In this document: in pieces, positions 13,182 through 31,739 of the stretch
Layout of the letters: every line of letters starts with the position of its first letter
How positions within the stretch are numbered: the first letter of the stretch is position 1
DNA from: Octopus vulgaris
Taxonomy: Eukaryota
Assembly (NCBI GenBank): GCA_951406725.2
Contig: OX597822.1
Location: 102,796,001-102,860,000 of the forward strand
DNA: 64,000 bases
Direction of reading: 5' to 3'
Translations under genes and position numbers: made by a program
The notes under the pieces: generated by a model
The model's input: the letters and a program-made list of their open reading frames with translations, nothing else
Database searches by the model: none
Told to the model about the DNA's origin: nothing

Positions 13182-16100
13182 TTTGTTTCAATAAATTTTG
13201 AAAAATAATGAAGAATTTAGTAAAATATATTTGTCATTGGTAATCTGGTATTCGGGACATAAATTGCCATGAAATTTTGATGAATGATTTTATTTAGTTG
13301 ACTTTAAAACACGAAATTTGTATCACAGAACCAAAAGTGGTTCAGGCAGGTTGATATCAAAAAGATTAAGAAACAGAACAATCAATTTAAATGATTCCAT
13401 ATCTCTTTTATTTGTTTCAGTCATTTGACCATGGCCATCCTGGAGCACCGCCTTTAGTCGAGCAAATTGACCACAGGACTTATTCTATCGGTCTCTTTTG
13501 CCAAACCGCTAAGTTACAGAGACATAAACACACCAGCATCGGTTGTGAAGTGATGTCGGGGGGGACAAACACAGACACACAAACACCCGCGTGCATACCG
13601 TTGGTGATTTTTTCCTCTGTCTTCCCTTTTATGTTTCCGACGAAGAGCTGCGCTCGAAACGTTAAACCCTCCTTCTTTCCTGAGCGTCCAATAATACTAT
13701 ATTTGTTCCACATCCTCGCGTTGTTGTGTTTTTTTTGTGCTTTCTTGTTTGGATTAACTATATATGATGGGCTTCTTTCAGTTTCCGTCTACCAAATCCA
13801 CTCACAAGGTTTTGGTCGGCCTGAGGCTTTAGTAGAAGACACTTGCCCAAGGTGCCACACAGTGGGAATGAACCCAAAACCATGTGGTTGGTAAGCAAGC
13901 TACTTACCACACGGCCACTACCATACTTCACTTCTATTTATTTTATTAATGCAAAAGAATGACATCTTGACTCTGATGAAACCTGAACACGCATTGTAAA
14001 GAGATGTTACAGATTGCCACAAGTAATTTTGTCTGGAACTCAACCACTTTTGCTATCTCCACATTGCACGAACAGTTAAGCAAACCATCCGATTGTGGCC
14101 GTTGCCAGCGCCGCCCCAACTGGCCTCCGTGCCGATGACACGTAAAAAGCACCATCCGTTTGTGGCCGTTGCCAGGCCCCCGTGCTGGTGGCACATAAAA
14201 AGCACCATCCGTTCATGGCCGTTGCCAGCACCGCCCTGACTGGCCTCTGTGCCGGTGGCACGCAAAAGCACCATCCATTCATGTCCGTTGCCAGCCTCGC
14301 CTGGCCCCCGTGCCGGTGGCATGTAAAAGCACCATCCATTCATGTCCGTTGCCAGCCTCACCTGGTCCCTGTGCCAGTGGCACGTAAAAGCACCATCCGT
14401 TCGTGGCCGTTTGCCAGCTCCGTCTGGCACGTAAAAAGCACCCACTACATTCGCGGAGTGGTTGGCGTTAGGAAGGGCATCCAGCCGTAGAAACACTGCC
14501 AGATCAGACTAGGCCTGATGCAGCCTTCTGGCTTCACAGACCCCAGTTGAACCGTCCAACCCATGCTAGCATGGAAAATGGACGCTAAATGATGATGATG
14601 ATATTGTTCTTTAGTAGATCAAGGGCATTCCTGTTGTATCAATTTTGCATGGAACCCAAGGGCTCATTATACAAGATGTCCATTTTTAAGAAGGTAGGAT
14701 GTGGTTTGAAATAAGATTTGGTTGCTATTTCTAGCAGGTTGGGTGATGGGCTGGTCATAGATGGAATACCTTTGATCACAAGCCTGTTTGACCAGGGGTG
14801 ACCTAGGGTTACAAAAAAACAACCACCTAGGCCATCCCACCCCTACACTGATAGTGTGAACTGAAACCCTCTTAATTCTTTTCATGCCAACCTGCCTGAG
14901 ACTAGACTGTCCCTGGTTCTATAATACCAACTTTCTTTGCTTCTCAGCCATATGGTTCCAGTTCAGTCCCACTGCATGGCATTTTGGGCAAGTGTCTTCT
15001 ACTATAGCCTTGGGTCAACCAAAACCTTGTGAGTGGATTTGGTAGACAGAAACTGAAAGAAGACTGTTTTGTATATATATGTTTAGGAACATATATGTCG
15101 GTGGCACATAAAAAACACCATCCGAGCGTGGCCGTTCGCCAGCCTCGTCTGGCACCTGTGTCGGTGGCACATAAAATCACCCACTACACTCTCGGAGTGG
15201 TTGGCGTTAGGAAGGGCATCCAGCTGTAGAAACACTGCCAGATCTGACTGGCCTGGTGCAGCCTTCGGGCTTCCCAGACCCCAGTTGAACCGTCCAACCC
15301 ATGCTAGCATGGAAAGTGGACGTTAAACGATGATGATGATGATGAACGAAGGCGCTAATAATAATGAAGATATAAAAGGATTTTTTCCCAAAAATTCTGA
15401 AGATATAAAAGGATTTTTTTTCCCAAAATGTGTATATATATATATATATATATAACTCAACTTGTCTGTCTGTGTGTTTAACTTCCCGGCACATCTCCTC
15501 CAAGCCAACAAATCGTAGAACCACAAAAAATGAGTCACTTAAAGTTTAGGCGAATGAAAATTGAACTGCGCTATTTCTGTCCCGAAATTCATCTCGCAAG
15601 TGCAAAAATCGATAATGTATTTGTTTAGGCCTTATCCCATGCATTGAATAGTGAACTTTACTCAGTTAGCTGTTTGACGTGAACTGTGTTCACCACGCGT
15701 GCAAGCATGCGTAAATTGCATAAAAAATAAAAAATCAAGATATAAAAACGAATTGCCGTAAACATTGTAGAAATTAGGGAAAGAAATGAATTTTCGGGAT
15801 GTAGCCTGGAGGGTTTTTTCGTATTAATCGTTTGGACTTTGTGAACACATACCAATTGTTTTCATAACATTTTTAACGCTTTGAATTAAATGTGACCATT
15901 TTGCGTTGAATCTGCAGTTTGAATCACTTTAACCAAATTTTAGCAGGCCGGATTTTTGATCATCATGATACATTGCCAGTGACTCCCTGAAATTGAGAAA
16001 TCTATATATATAAAACTCAACTTGTGTGTCTGTGTGTTTAACTTTTAGATCTACCAAGTTTCATTATTAAGGATGGAAAGTAGTGTGTAGCAAATCTATA

Positions 16101-16827
16101 TATATAAAGCTGAAGTTGTTTGTGTATGGCAGGTTTGGTAGCCTTCAACTAACACTATCTCCTCCGAGACCCTGCAGCGCAAGTTGACGAAAATTGAGAG
16201 TATGATAGAAGAAGGCTTGCTCTTCATTCTGTAGAAGATAAAATTCAAATTGGACCATGTTAACACCAAAAATTATTTACATCAAAATTTTCTATAAAAA
16301 TCCCTATTTTTTACGATTTTTGACTACTGCGTCACCATTTTTCGGTGTATTTGAACTGGAAAAATGTTCACTTGAAGAGAATAACAAGTTGCATAATGCA
16401 AAATTTTTTACTTTTCAAAAATTCCAATTCTAAAGGGTCGAAACAAACCCAAGCAACACTGGGTGATATTATCATCAGTTAATGTTAGCTTTTCATGCTG
16501 GCATAGGCTGGATGGTTTGACTGGAGCTGGCCAGGCAGAAGACTGCACCAGTCTTCAGTGTCAGTTTTGGCATGGTTTTTATGGCTGGATCCCCTTCCTA
16601 ACACTAATATATGTATATATCTATGTATGTGTGTCTTTGTGTCTGTCTCTCACCACTGCAGGTGTGTTTATGTACCCATAACTTAGCAGTTCAACAAGAG
16701 ACTAATAGACTTCATTTGTTCAACTAAAACCCTTCAAAGTGGTGTCCCAGCGTGGCTGTAGTCAAATGACTGAAACAAGTAAAAGATAAAAAAATTAAAA
16801 GTTGCCATTGTATTTGCATATTAATTT

Positions 16828-17828
16828 ATGTTTCAAACACCATTTTAATAATACTTTCTAATTTTGTCCCAAAGCCATGAATTTTGAGAAGAGAGTAAAG
16901 CCAATTATATCAACTGGTACTTTATCAGCACAGAAAGGATGAAAGGCAAAGTCGACCTTGGCGGAATTTGAACTCAGAACGTAGCGGCAGACGAAATACC
17001 GCTAAGCATCTCGCCTGGCGTACTAACGCTTCCTGTCTTCTTACCACACAGCCACGCCTGCATCTTGTTGGAAATAATTTTTTAGTGCTGATGGAAAAAC
17101 AAAATACTTTTATTCCATATTGTAAAGTGGTTGATGCTAGGAAAGGCATTCAACTATATCACCCCTAAAAAAAAGTATAAAGAAAGGCAATGTAGGGTTG
17201 AGGGAATTCATTTATTTTGTCAAAGGTGTTCTAGTGCCGGTAGAATAAAATGCACCTAGTTTACACTGTCAAATGATTAATAAGAATGATATCCAATTGT
17301 GAAGACACAAATAAGAGAAGGTATGAATGGAAGCAGTGTAGGGTAGAATGTTTCAAACACCATTTTAATAATACTTTCTAATTTTGTCCCAAAGCCATGA
17401 ATTTTGAGAAGAGAGTAAAGCCAATTATATCAACTGGTACTTTATCAGCACAGAAAGGATGAAAGGCAAAGTCGACCTTGGCGGAATTTGAACTCAGAAC
17501 GTAGCGGCAGACGAAATACCGCTAAGCATCTCGCCTGGCGTACTAACGCTTCCTGTCTTCTTACCACACAGCCACGCCTGCATCTTGTTGGAAATAATTT
17601 TTTTAGTGCTGATGGAAAAACAAAATACTTTTATTCCATATTGTAAAGTGGTTGATGCTAGGAAAGGCATTCAACTATATCACCCCTAAAAAAAAGTATA
17701 AAGAAAGGCAATGTAGGGTTGAGGGAATTCATCACCTAGTTTACACTGTCAAATGATTAATAAGAATGATATCCAATTGTGAAGACACAAATAAGAGAAG
17801 GTATGAATGGAAGCAGTGTAGGGTAGAA
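16828..17828. repeat. ~520-bp near-identical tandem duplication
   Basis: Unit starts atgtttcaaacacc at 16828 and 17348; the second copy has an ~40-bp deletion; each contains a family C SINE. Confidence 0.92.
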
Positions 17829-17951
17829 GGGATTCTTTAGCTTTGTCAAAGGTGCTGTCTAGAGCTGATGGAATGATAAAATGTACCTCGTCTACACTGT
17901 CAAGTAATTGTTATTGGAAAAGTACTAACAAAATAGACACTCACACAAAGG

Positions 17952-18390
17952 TACTGTAAGTCCTCAAGTATAATCCGCATTTTTTCCCCAAAATTTAAAG
18001 GTCAAAATCCCTAGTGTGTATTATACACGAGGTTAAAAATGAAAATTATTTTCTAAGCAATGACTGAGTCTCTATTTGCTGTCCGGCAATGTTTATTCAG
18101 ATGCATTTTGTGATGTTGGGCATGAAAATACCTTAAATCATCCATAACTTGCAGTAAGCAATATTTATTAAACGTTATTACTGTTATTTCTTTATTTTCT
18201 GCAAACAAAATGCACAAAAAAGCTACACGTTTGCATTATGTTACATATATAATAATAATAATAAAGGACGTTATATAGACCTCCTTGACTCAAGTTAGAG
18301 AAGGGGTACGTATCATACACAAGGTTTAGGTTTTTCAGAGGTACAGCCCCCTAAAAATCCCCTGCATATTATATTCAAGGATTTAAGGTA
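17952..18390. mobile_element. Tc1/mariner-superfamily (Tc2/pogo-like) MITE
   Basis: TIRs TACTGTAAGTCCTCAAGTATAA...ATATTCAAGGATTTAAGGTA; second copy at 37468-37996. Confidence 0.75.
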
Positions 18391-19540
18391 ATTGGTTTCC
18401 TCTATTGCTGTACATGCCAGAAACAAGGGACTACTTCAACTGGCAACATGCTGTGAGAAGTGTCTAACCCATGCTAGTATGGAAAAAGATGCTTGAAACT
18501 GGAGCAAAACAACAGCACTGAGTGCCTACCACCAGGATCCTGGTCAACAAGCGTTATGTAGAGTATTTTTTAAAGATGGTTTTTGAAGGCAAATTTGGTT
18601 CCCATTTTTAGCAGGTCAGGTAATCATGTAGAGGCTCCATTGTTGATTCTAGAGTAATATGTGATTATCTAGTGCAAATAGTTCAATGATAGAGCAATAC
18701 ATTCTGAACAAACCGAGTTCATAAACTAGTTTCAGTAGCTAGAGATCATAATCACAATTTTCCTGGCATGGTTTGATCAGGTCTACAGTGAAGCATACCT
18801 TCTCTTTATCTTGTTATCTCTTCTTCAGATCTCACTTTATTTTATGTTCGGTTTTTTTCTATCAGCACAAAATATTTTACCAGCAGCTGTTGTACATTTA
18901 CACAAAATACCCATATCAGTGCAGCTGTTTCTTCTACATGCAGTGGCCGATACCTATTTTTAAAGAATTTACCCACCACTCATCCTTCAACCCTATCCAA
19001 TCTCTTACTCACTTCCTACCTTCCCTTCAATTCATATCTACCACTGGCTGCCACCCTACTCCATCTCATTCTCCCAACCAAGCTAAAACTATCTCCTTCT
19101 CAAAGGGGGTCTTAGTTTTGTGAACTCCATTAACCTCTTTAGCTCTGGTCCCATGAGGAAGGGCACCCAACTGTTGAACCTGTGCCAAAGCAGACATTGG
19201 AGCATATGTTCCTCCAACCTGTAGAATCCTGTCATACCATACAACACATGCCAGGATGGTAGGACAATCATCATCGCCGTTTAACGTCCACCTTCCATGC
19301 TAGCATGGGTTGGACGAATGACTGAGGGCTGGCGAACCAGATGGCTGCCCCAGGCTTCAATCTTGATCTGGCAGAGTTTCTACAGCCGGATGCCCTTCCT
19401 AATGCCAACCACTCCGAGAGTGTAGTGGGTGCTTTTACGTGCCACCAGCATGGGGCCAGTCAGGCGGTACTGGCAACGACCTTGCTTGAATCTTTTACAC
19501 ATGCCACCAGCACAGGTGACAGTAAGGCGATGCTGGTAAC

Positions 19541-22500
19541 GATCACGCTCGAATGGTGTCTTTTATGTGCCACCAGCACGGAGGCCAGATAGCCACTCCG
19601 GTAACGATCACGCTCGAATGGTGCCTTTTATGTGCCACCAGCACGGAGGCCAGATAGCCACTCCGGTAACGATCACACTCGAATGGTGTCTTTTATGTGC
19701 CACCAGCATGGAGGCCAGATAGCCACTCCGGTAACGATCACGCCGAATGGTGTCGCTCGAATGGTACGATCACGCCGAATGTGTGTGTCTTTTATGTGCC
19801 ACCAGCACGGAGGCCAGATAGCCACTCCGGTAACGATCACGCTCGAATGGTGTCTTTTTATGTGCCACCAGCACGGAGGCCAGATAGCCACTCCGGTAAC
19901 GATCACGCTCGAATGGTGTCTTTTATGTGCCACCAGCACGGAGGCCAGATAGCCACTCCGGTAACGATCACGCTCGAATGGTGTCTTTTATGTGCCACCA
20001 GCACGGAGGCCAGATAGCCACTCCGGTAACGATCACGCTCGAATGGTGTCTTTTATGTGCCACCAGCACGGAGGCCAGATAGCCACTCCGGTAACGATCA
20101 CGCTCGAATGGTGTCTTTTATGTGCCACCAGCACGGAGGCCAGATAGCCACTCCGGTAACGATCACGCTCGAATGGTGTCTTTTATGTGCCACCAGCACG
20201 GAGGCCAGATAGCCACTCCGGTAACGATCACGCTCGAATGGTGTCTTTTATGTGCCACCAGCACGGAGGCCAGATAGCCACTCCGGTAACGATCACGCTC
20301 GAATGGTGTCTTTTATGTGCCACCAGCACGGAGGCCAGATAGCCACTCCGGTAACGATCACGCTCGAATGGTGTCTTTTATGTGCCACCAGCACGGAGGC
20401 CAGATAGCCACTCCGGTAACGATCACGCTCGAATGGTGTCTTTTATGTGCCACCAGCACGGAGGCCAGATAGCCACTCCGGTAACGATCACGCTCGAATG
20501 GTGTCTTTTATGTGCCACCAGCACGGAGGCCAGATAGCCACTCCGGTAACGATCACGCTCGAATGGTGTCTTTTATGTGCCACCAGCACGGAGGCCAGAT
20601 AGCCACTCCGGTAACGATCACGCTCGAATGGTGTCTTTTATGTGCCACCAGCACGGAGGCCAGATAGCCACTCCGGTAACGATCACGCTCGAATGGTGTC
20701 TTTTATGTGCCACCAGCACGGAGGCCAGATAGCCACTCCGGTAACGATCACGCTCGAATGGTGTCTTTTATGTGCCACCAGCACGGAGGCCAGATAGCCA
20801 CTCCGGTAACGATCACGCTCGAATGGTGTCTTTTATGTGCCACCAGCACGGAGGCCAGATAGCCACTCCGGTAACGATCACGCTCGAATGGTGTCTTTTA
20901 TGTGCCACCAGCACGGAGGCCAGATAGCCACTCCGGTAACGATCACGCTCGAATGGTGTCTTTTATGTGTCACCAGCACGGAGGCCAGATAGCCACTCCG
21001 GTAACGATCACGCTCGAATGGTGTCTTTTATGTGCCACCAGCACGGAGGCCAGATAGCCACTCCGGTAACGATCACGCTCGAATGGTGTCTTTTATGTGC
21101 CACCAGCACGGAGGCCAGATAGCCACTCCGGTAACGATCACGCTCGAATGGTGTCTTTTATGTGCCACCAGCACGGAGGCCAGATAGCCACTCCGGTAAC
21201 GATCACGCTCGAATGGTGTCTTTTATGTGCCACCAGCACGGAGGCCAGATAGCCACTCCAGTAACGATCACGCTCGAATGGTGTCTTTTATGTGCCACCA
21301 GCACGGAGGCCAGATAGCCACTCCGGTAACGATCACGCTCGAATGGTGTCTTTTATGTGTCACCAGCACGGAGGCCAGATAGCCACTCCGGTAACGATCA
21401 CGCTCGAATGGTGTCTTTTATGTGCCACCAGCACGGAGGCCAGATAGCCACTCCGGTAACGATCACGCTCGAATGGTGTCTTTTATGTGCCACCAGCACG
21501 GAGGCCAGATAGCCACTCCGGTAACGATCACGCTCGAATGGTGTCTTTTATGTGCCACCAGCACGGAGGCCAGATAGCCACTCCGGTAACGATCACGCTC
21601 GAATGGTGTCTTTTATGTGCCACCAGCACGGAGGCCAGATAGCCACTCCGGTAACGATCACGCTCGAATGGTGTCTTTTATGTGCCACCAGCACGGAGGC
21701 CAGATAGCCACTCCGGTAACGATCACGCTCGAATGGTGTCTTTTATGTGCCACCAGCACGGAGGCCAGATAGCCACTCCGGTAACGATCACGCTCGAATG
21801 GTGTCTTTTATGTGCCACCAGCACGGAGGCCAGATAGCCACTCCGGTAACGATCACACTCGAATGGTGTCTTTTATGTGCCACCAGCACGGAGGCCAGAT
21901 AGCCACTCCGGTAACGATCACGCTCGAATGGTGTCTTTTATGTGCCACCAGCACGGAGGCCAGATAGCCACTCCGGTAACGATCACGCTCGAATGGTGTC
22001 TTTTATGTGCCACCAGCACGGAGGCCAGATAGCCACTCCGGTAACGATCACGCTCGAATGGTGTCTTTTATGTGCCACCAGCACGGAGGCCAGATAGCCA
22101 CTCCGGTAACGATCACGCTCGAATGGTGTCTTTTATGTGCCACCAGCACGGAGGCCAGATAGCCACTCCGGTAACGATCACACTCGAATGGTGCCTTTTA
22201 TGTGCCACCAGCACGGAGGCCAGATAGCCACTCCGGTAACGATCACACTCGAATGGTGTCTTTTATGTGTCACCAGCACGGAGGCCAGATAGCCACTCCG
22301 GTAACGATCACGCTCGAATGGTGTCTTTTAGCCACTCCGGTAACGATCACGCTCAATGGTGTCTTTTATGTGCCACCAGCACGGAGGCCAGATAGCCACT
22401 CCGGTAACGATCACGGTGTCTTTTAGTGCCACCAGCAGGATAGCCACTCCGGTAACGATCACGCCGAATGGTGTCTTTTATGTGCTCGAATGGTGTCTTT

Positions 22501-22738
22501 TATGTGCCACCAGCACGGAGGCCAGATAGCCACTCCGGTAACGATCACGCTCGAATGGTGTCTTTTATGTGCCACCAGCACGGAGGCCAGATAGCCACTC
22601 CGTCGATCACGGAGGCCAGATAGCCACTCCGGTAACGATCACGCTCGAATGGCGTCTTTTATGTGCCACCAGCACGGAGGCCAGATAGCCACTCCGGCAA
22701 CGATCACACTCGAATGGTGCCTTTTAAGTTTCACTGGC
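19541..22738. repeat. 65-bp tandem satellite, ~48 near-identical units, inside a family A element
   Basis: Unit TTTTATGTGCCACCAGCACGGAGGCCAGATAGCCACTCCGGTAACGATCACGCTCGAATGGTGTC; directly continues the family A copy at 19268. Confidence 0.97.
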
Positions 22739-23439
22739 ACAGAAACCAGTTAGCCGCTCAGGATATATTAGGTTCTGTGCTACATATGCTTTCTCTAATA
22801 AAAGTAATCCACGAAGGAAAATATTCAGGAAACGACAAATCATCATCATTTAGCGTCCGCTTTCCATGCTAGCATGGGTCGGACGGTTCGACCGGGGATC
22901 TGGGAAGCCAGAAGGCTGCACCAGGCTCCGGTCTTATCTGGCAAAGTTTCCACAGCTGGATGCCCTTCCTAACGCCAACCACTCCGTGAGTGTAGTGGGT
23001 GCTTCTTACGTGCTACCTGCACTGGTGCCAGGCGAGGCTGGCATCGGCCACGAAGTTTAAATCAGTGTTTCTCGACCAGTTTTTTTTACCTATGGACCAC
23101 TTTAATTTTACTCAGGTGAACCCTATATTTAAAAAAAAAACATTTTTTTATAATTAATTACTATTAGGGATTGTGTTAAAAAAATATTGTAGAAGTACAA
23201 CCAATTTATTGCACATAGATTTTAATTACAAAATCTCATATGAACCACAGTTGAGATCATCACAACTCAACATCTGCTTTCCATGCTGGAATGGGTTGGA
23301 CGTGGAGCTGTCCAGACGACAATTGTCTGTTGTGGTATGGTTTCTATGGCCAGATGTTCTTCCTAATACTAACCATTTAACAGTGTGCCATCAGCATGGG
23401 AACCACTGATCTAAATAAATGCATTGTTACACTCATTCC

Positions 23440-23690
23440 ATCTAGTTTCAGCTCACAAGCTGGGGCACCGCCATTCAGTGTTGCTACATTTTACTTCACG
23501 AATGCTTTTTAGCAATTGACATTTGGTGAATGAGAGAGTTTGATGCAGCTGCTCTCATCTGGAACACCTGATAGGAAGAGGTCCAGCTTTATTTTAAAGA
23601 CATCTGCATCCACCCCATGCAGGTCCTCTAGGAGGATATTGAAGAGCTGTGGACCTCTGAAGCCCAGGCTATTGCAGTATCTTGTCCTAA
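23440..23690 (-). mobile_element. Decayed LINE 3' end (same family as 55715-56150)
   Basis: YCNSLGFRGPQLFNILL...FKIKLDLFLSGVPDE followed by a GGCGGTGC...GCTGAAAC tail. Confidence 0.75.
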
Positions 23691-25469
23691 TAATCATTAC
23701 ACCTTGTTTTTACAATCATGTGGTTCCAAGTTCAATCCTAATGCATGGCATCTTTGGTGTCTACCATAGTCTAAAACTAATCAATATCTCACAAAACCTT
23801 CAACCAATGACACTACTGTCCACCCAATGCAATACAGAATTATTTCCCAACCACATGGTTTGGATTCAGTCCCACTGGCCAATCCAAAATCTCGAGAGAG
23901 GATCTGTTAGAGACACTGAAAGCTAATATATGCTTGTGCTTGCTAGTTGTAAACAAGTGCCACAACCATTCAAATGGTGTTGCTTGTTTCCTGTTTTCTG
24001 GGTGCTTCATTGAATTCCACCTGACCCATAAGAGCTCAAAAAAGTCAATGTTAAAAGAGATGAATTGTGTCTGTACAAATCCAGAATACAGATGCCAATA
24101 GTGATTTTTATATCTTGAATATGAAAGATGGTGACCAACGCAAAAATTACTGATTCTGATAACCCATCAGTCTTTTGGTAACTATTTATTGGTTCCATTA
24201 GAAACCGATTTTCTTTACTTACTTTGTCAAAAGAAAAAGTGCTGAGTCTATGACACATTTTAGGGACTCCATGACTGATGAGGAGGGAGGGACGACAAAC
24301 ATTTCGATCAAGTCCCCTTCACAAGTATTGCACAATTATTCATGAACAAGGTATGTAACTCTGCTTGTCCATGTTTCATTGCTGTTGTCTAAGAAATAAT
24401 TGCAGTTCTTGTTATTCTCATGATTAAAGCTAAGCACAGAACTGTTTTTATTGGTAGTTGAAGTTATTTTGCTTCACTTTCGCCACTAATGAGGCCAGGG
24501 ATAGTAATTAGCATCATTCACTAACAGAACAGCAAAGACTAAATAATTAGTGAATTGTGTTTCAAATAACATTTAGAGAGGCTGCATCAGTAGAAAATGC
24601 CAAATCTGGTCTTCATTAAATATATCAATTCTTTGCTAAAGAAGTAATTGTTATTTTTGCTGGTAGATTCTAAATGCAACCCAGTTCCACTTCCCGTCTC
24701 AACCCTTTATTTCGAATTAATCATGCATTATCTTGTCTGGTTAGTGAGAACATAAAGCAGGTTGAATACTTGAGCCGGATATAATCAGTTTAAATGCTAA
24801 AGGGCTAAGTCATTTTTATTTCCTTTGTGTTGTTAATAAAAGTAATAAAAAATAGAAAAAAGGCTTACTTTAACCCTTTCATTACGATACTCACTTAACT
24901 ATACATAGTCTCATAGAAGGATGTTTTGGAAGTTTCATTTGATGGAGGTAATGCAGATCTGATACAAGACATTCAAGTTATGAATAGACAGACGATGCCT
25001 ATGCACAGAACGCAAGTGACATCGTCAGTAATAAACTGTGATGTTAGAAGCAAGTAGATAAATACTCAAAGGACAATGTTAAAAATGACCAAAAGTTTTG
25101 ATGATGTCAATCGTAATAAAATGCTCCTGTGAAAGCTCTCAAAGGTAAACCCTACTATTCAAAAGCTAAACCATCTAACATTTTAATATCTCAAAAACTT
25201 CCATGAAAATTCCATGTTAATTTACATTCTTATACACCAATTATTTTACTAAAATTCACTATTTTAAAAATTAAGACAAAAGACTATTTCACTAGAAATA
25301 TATCAACAAAGGGGAAGATCAGAAGGTTTAGTGGGGACATTAACTAAATTTGGGATGCAATGGTTCGTAGGAAGACTCCACAAATTTCATCTTTTCACCA
25401 TAGGAACTGTACAGAGATACATCAAGAACTTACAACACAAAATGAATAAAAAAAGACCAAAAGTCAAAG

Positions 25470-25530
25470 ATTAGCTTCCAATCACAAATTTATTTCCATT
25501 CTCCAAATAAAATAAACTTGACCGGAGCCC

Positions 25531-25534
<4 letters not shown>
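25470..25534 (-). other. RPS28: RPS28 terminal exon (last base of Arg codon, TGA, short 3' UTR, polyA signal)
   Basis: Strong acceptor ttcttgtttctttatttgcAG|A TGA; AATAAA about 40 nt downstream; 3' end approximate. Confidence 0.8.
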
Positions 25535-30138
<4,604 letters not shown>

Positions 30139-30164
30139 GATGTGTTATGGCGATGAAGCACAAG

Positions 30165-30183
30165 CGGAAAGGATTGTGGGATC
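30165..30183 (-). promoter_or_regulatory. RPS28 polypyrimidine (TCT/5'TOP) initiator, overlapping a possible Staf/ZNF143-like site
   Basis: Minus strand GATCCCACAATCCTTTCCG. CCTTTCC lies ~30 nt upstream of the ATG, as expected for a ribosomal protein TOP start. TCCCACAATCC resembles the Staf/ZNF143 consensus common at bidirectional promoters. Confidence 0.55.
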
Positions 30184-30272
30184 GTCACGAGAGAGAACGG
30201 AGGTGAATATTTTTTTTTATTAATATCTTGAATTTCAGAAAATAAATAAATTATAGCTTTAGTTTGCATTTA

Positions 30273-30697
30273 TAAATTTTTTTATAAATTTTATTTAACT
30301 CGTAACGGTGTCTACTAGCGAACAATGGTCCCGGTGCGCGCACACGCGTAGTCGCACATCCGCGCTAGCTAGTCAGTCGTGACTAGTCGATCCCTACAAC
30401 GACGACCTAAGCAAAGTAAATAAAACAGAAAATAAATAACTTTTTTTCACACAAAGTAAATAATTTTTGTTAAAAAGAAAGTAAGTAAAAGACAAAAACA
30501 CAAAGTAAATAACACAAAAACACAAAGTAAGGATCAACTAGTCATGACTAGCTGGTGCGGATGCGCGACTACGCGCGTGTGTGTGTGCACCGGGACCACT
30601 GTTCGCTAGTAGTACCCGTAACTAGTTAAATAAAATTTATAAAAAATTTAGAGTACGCGAGTGCGCGCACCGGGACCACCGTTCGCTAGTAGTACCC
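30273..30697. mobile_element. Palindromic MITE-like foldback in the bidirectional promoter, plus an extra TIR
   Basis: ~120-bp inverted arms 30273-30392 and 30531-30650 share the 29734 TIR motif; extra TIR copy at 30665-30697. Confidence 0.75.
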
Positions 30698-30797
30698 TTG
30701 TTACGTTTCATTTACGTATATTTGTCATTAGCTATTTCACCTCATCAGAATTTACTGCGGAGCTACAGTGAGTGTGTTAGTTTGTTTTCATTCAATC

Positions 30798-30857
30798 ATG
30801 GCTCAGCGGAGGTCGGTGACTCCTATCATAGCCACAATCCGGAATTGGTTCCTCGGA
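30798..30857 (+). CDS. NDUFA7: NDUFA7 exon 1
   Basis: ATG to GGA|GTAAGT; [20 protein letters not shown]. Confidence 0.9.
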
Positions 30858-31707
30858 GTAAGTCAACCGTTGGTGTATTTTTTTTTTTTTTACAAATATC
30901 CTAAACATGTATGATGTTAGTCCATGACTCTATATACACGTTGCTATTTATAAATATTTCATTTAGGAAATCCTCCTTGCTGGAGTTCTTAATATTGACT
31001 TTGAAAGTGATCAAGGACATCACTTTCATGTCGATCGTAATTTCGATTTTAAAATTGTTTCGATCCTTATCTATCATTACGATGATGATCATCAAAATGT
31101 TGGGTATCCTCGCTTTTACAGATCTAAATTTAAATTGGTCTTTTAACTCCGCTTCCTCGCCTTTACAGTCCGAAAGTTAAATTGGTCGGCAATTATCGTC
31201 CCTTAGGCTTCGATCTTTATGCTCTTTTGAGCTTGTTTCTGTCGTTTTGACTGCGCCCATGCTGGAGCACCGCCTTTAGTCGAGCAAATCGACCCCAGGA
31301 CTTATTCTTTGTTAAGCCTAGTACTTATTCTATCGGTCTCTTTTGCCGAACCGCTAAGTTACGGGGACGTAAACACACCAGCATCGGTTGTCAAGCGATG
31401 TTGGGGGTGGGGGACAAACAGACACACAAACACACACATACGACGAGCTTCTTTCAGTTTCTGTCTACCAAATCTTTGGTCGGCCTGAGGCTATAGTAGA
31501 AGACACTTGCCCAAGGTTCCACGCAGTGAGACTGAACCCGGAACCATGGTGAATACCTTAACATAACACCACTAAGTTCAATACTTTACTGTTTCACTTG
31601 TTCTGTGTTTGAATTTCGCTGTGGCTCGACTTTTCACTTTAAATTGTCGTCACAAATTCCTGGGAGTTTTCTCCTAAAAATATCAATTGAAAAAGCTTTA
31701 ATTGCAA

Positions 31708-31739
<32 letters not shown>

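Larger units (their letters stand above)
30139..30797. promoter_or_regulatory. Bidirectional promoter region RPS28/NDUFA7
   Basis: Divergent ATGs at 30138 (-) and 30798 (+); locally CpG-rich. Confidence 0.8.

Noticed and set aside
19541-22738. CRISPR-like regular array
   Set aside because: The units are identical end to end with no unique spacers, there are no cas genes, and the context is eukaryotic. It is a satellite.
24007-24350. 83-aa minus-strand ORF and an exon-like AG...GT segment (24264-24350, plus)
   Set aside because: No recognisable homology; the plus segment has stops in all three frames
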